A stretch of DNA of 64,000 nucleotides from the human T2T-CHM13v2.0 reference genome, Homo sapiens. The DNA lies in assembly GCF_009914755.1 (NCBI RefSeq), contig NC_060945.1; one strand, 5' to 3'. Every line of letters begins with the position of its first letter. Positions within the stretch are counted from its first letter, which is position 1. The position numbers and the translations under genes were made by a program. Under the pieces are notes generated by a model. It had not been told where the DNA came from. It saw only the letters and a list, made by a program, of their open reading frames with translations, and made no database searches. Below are positions 62,941 to 64,000 of this stretch, in pieces.

Positions 62941-64000
62941 GCCATTGTCTCTGTAGGAAAGGCGGCCGCGGCAGACAGAACCAGAGATGCACTGCCCGGG
63001 CCATTGGCACTGTAGGAAAGGCAGACATGGCACATAGAACCGGAGATGCACTGCCCGGGCCATTGTCTCTGTAGGAAAGGCAGACATGGCACATAGAACC
63101 GGAGATGCACTGCCCGGGCCATTGTCTCTGTAGGAAAGGCGGCCGCGGCACATAGAACCGGAGATGCACTGCCCGGGCCATTGTCTCTGTAGGAAAGGCA
63201 GACATGGCACATAGAACCGGAGATGCACTGCCCGGGCCATTGGCACTGTAGGAAAGGCGGCCGCGGCACATAGAACCAGAGATGCACTGCCCGGGCCATT
63301 GTCTCTGTAGGAAAGGCAGACATGGCACATAGAACTGGAGACGCACTGCCTGGGCCATTGTCTCTGTAGGAAAGGCAGACATGGCACATAGAACCAGAGA
63401 TGCACTGCCCGGGCCATTGTCTCTGTAGGAAAGGCGGCCGCGGCACATAGAACTGGAGACGCACTGCCCGGGCCATTGTCTCTGTAGGAAAGGCAGACAT
63501 GGCACATAGAACCGGAGATGCACTGCCCGGGCCATTGTCTCTGTAGGAAAGGCAGACATGGCACATAGAACCGGAGATGCACTGCCCGGGCCATTGTCTC
63601 TGTAGGAAAGGCGGCCGCGGCACATAGAACTGGAGACGCACTGCCCGGGCCATTGTCTCTGTAGGAAAGGCAGACATGGCACATAGAACCGGAGATGCAC
63701 TGCCCGGGCCATTGGCACTGTAGGAAAGGCGGCCGCGGCACATAGAACCAGAGATGCACTGCCCGGGCCATTGTCTCTGTAGGAAAGGCAGACATGGCAC
63801 ATAGAACCGGAGACGCACTGCCTGGGCCATTGTCTCTGTAGGAAAGGCAGACATGGCACATAGAACCAGAGATGCACTGCCCGGGCCATTGTCTCTGTAG
63901 GAAAGGCGGCCGCGGCACATAGAACTGGAGACGCACTGCCCGGGCCATTGTCTCTGTAGGAAAGGCAGACATGGCACATAGAACCGGAGATGCACTGCCT
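62941..64000. repeat. Minisatellite, 59-bp unit x~18, runs off the window end
   Basis: gccattg recurs every 59 bp (62941, 63000, 63059...). Confidence 0.98.

Noticed and set aside
62838-63995. Three long minus-strand ORFs (359-385 aa)
   Set aside because: Artefacts of a stop-free 59-bp tandem repeat; periodic peptides, antisense to a real exon.

Overview
Primate (almost certainly human) genomic DNA from within the PCBP3 gene (poly(rC)-binding protein 3, chr21q22.3), + strand. The window contains the exon carrying the long-isoform start codon (16574-16708; 10 coding nt, ATG at 16699). It also contains a ~46-kb intron and the next coding exon (62774-62928). Spliced, these read MGEGDAFWAPSVLPHSTLSTLSHHPQPQFGRRMESKVSEGGLNVTLTIRLLMHGK, the N-terminus and start of KH domain 1. 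The rest is intronic: Alus, ancient L1/HAL1 fragments, a Tigger3b DNA transposon, ERV1/MaLR solo LTRs (including a triple LTR nest), an intragenic CpG-rich region and about ten minisatellites typical of a subtelomeric band. None of the supplied long ORFs is a credible independent gene. I found no demonstrable new biological system. The best leads are (i) several features that could choose between PCBP3 N-termini (uORFs, an internal alternative acceptor, inverted Alus around the start-codon exon, a candidate in-frame alternative first coding exon at 60487-60583); (ii) VNTRs that each multiply a regulatory motif, some with higher-order structure; and (iii) a perfect 62-bp AT-rich palindrome. Repeat subfamily names come from recognising consensus sequences by eye and need RepeatMasker/Dfam confirmation.
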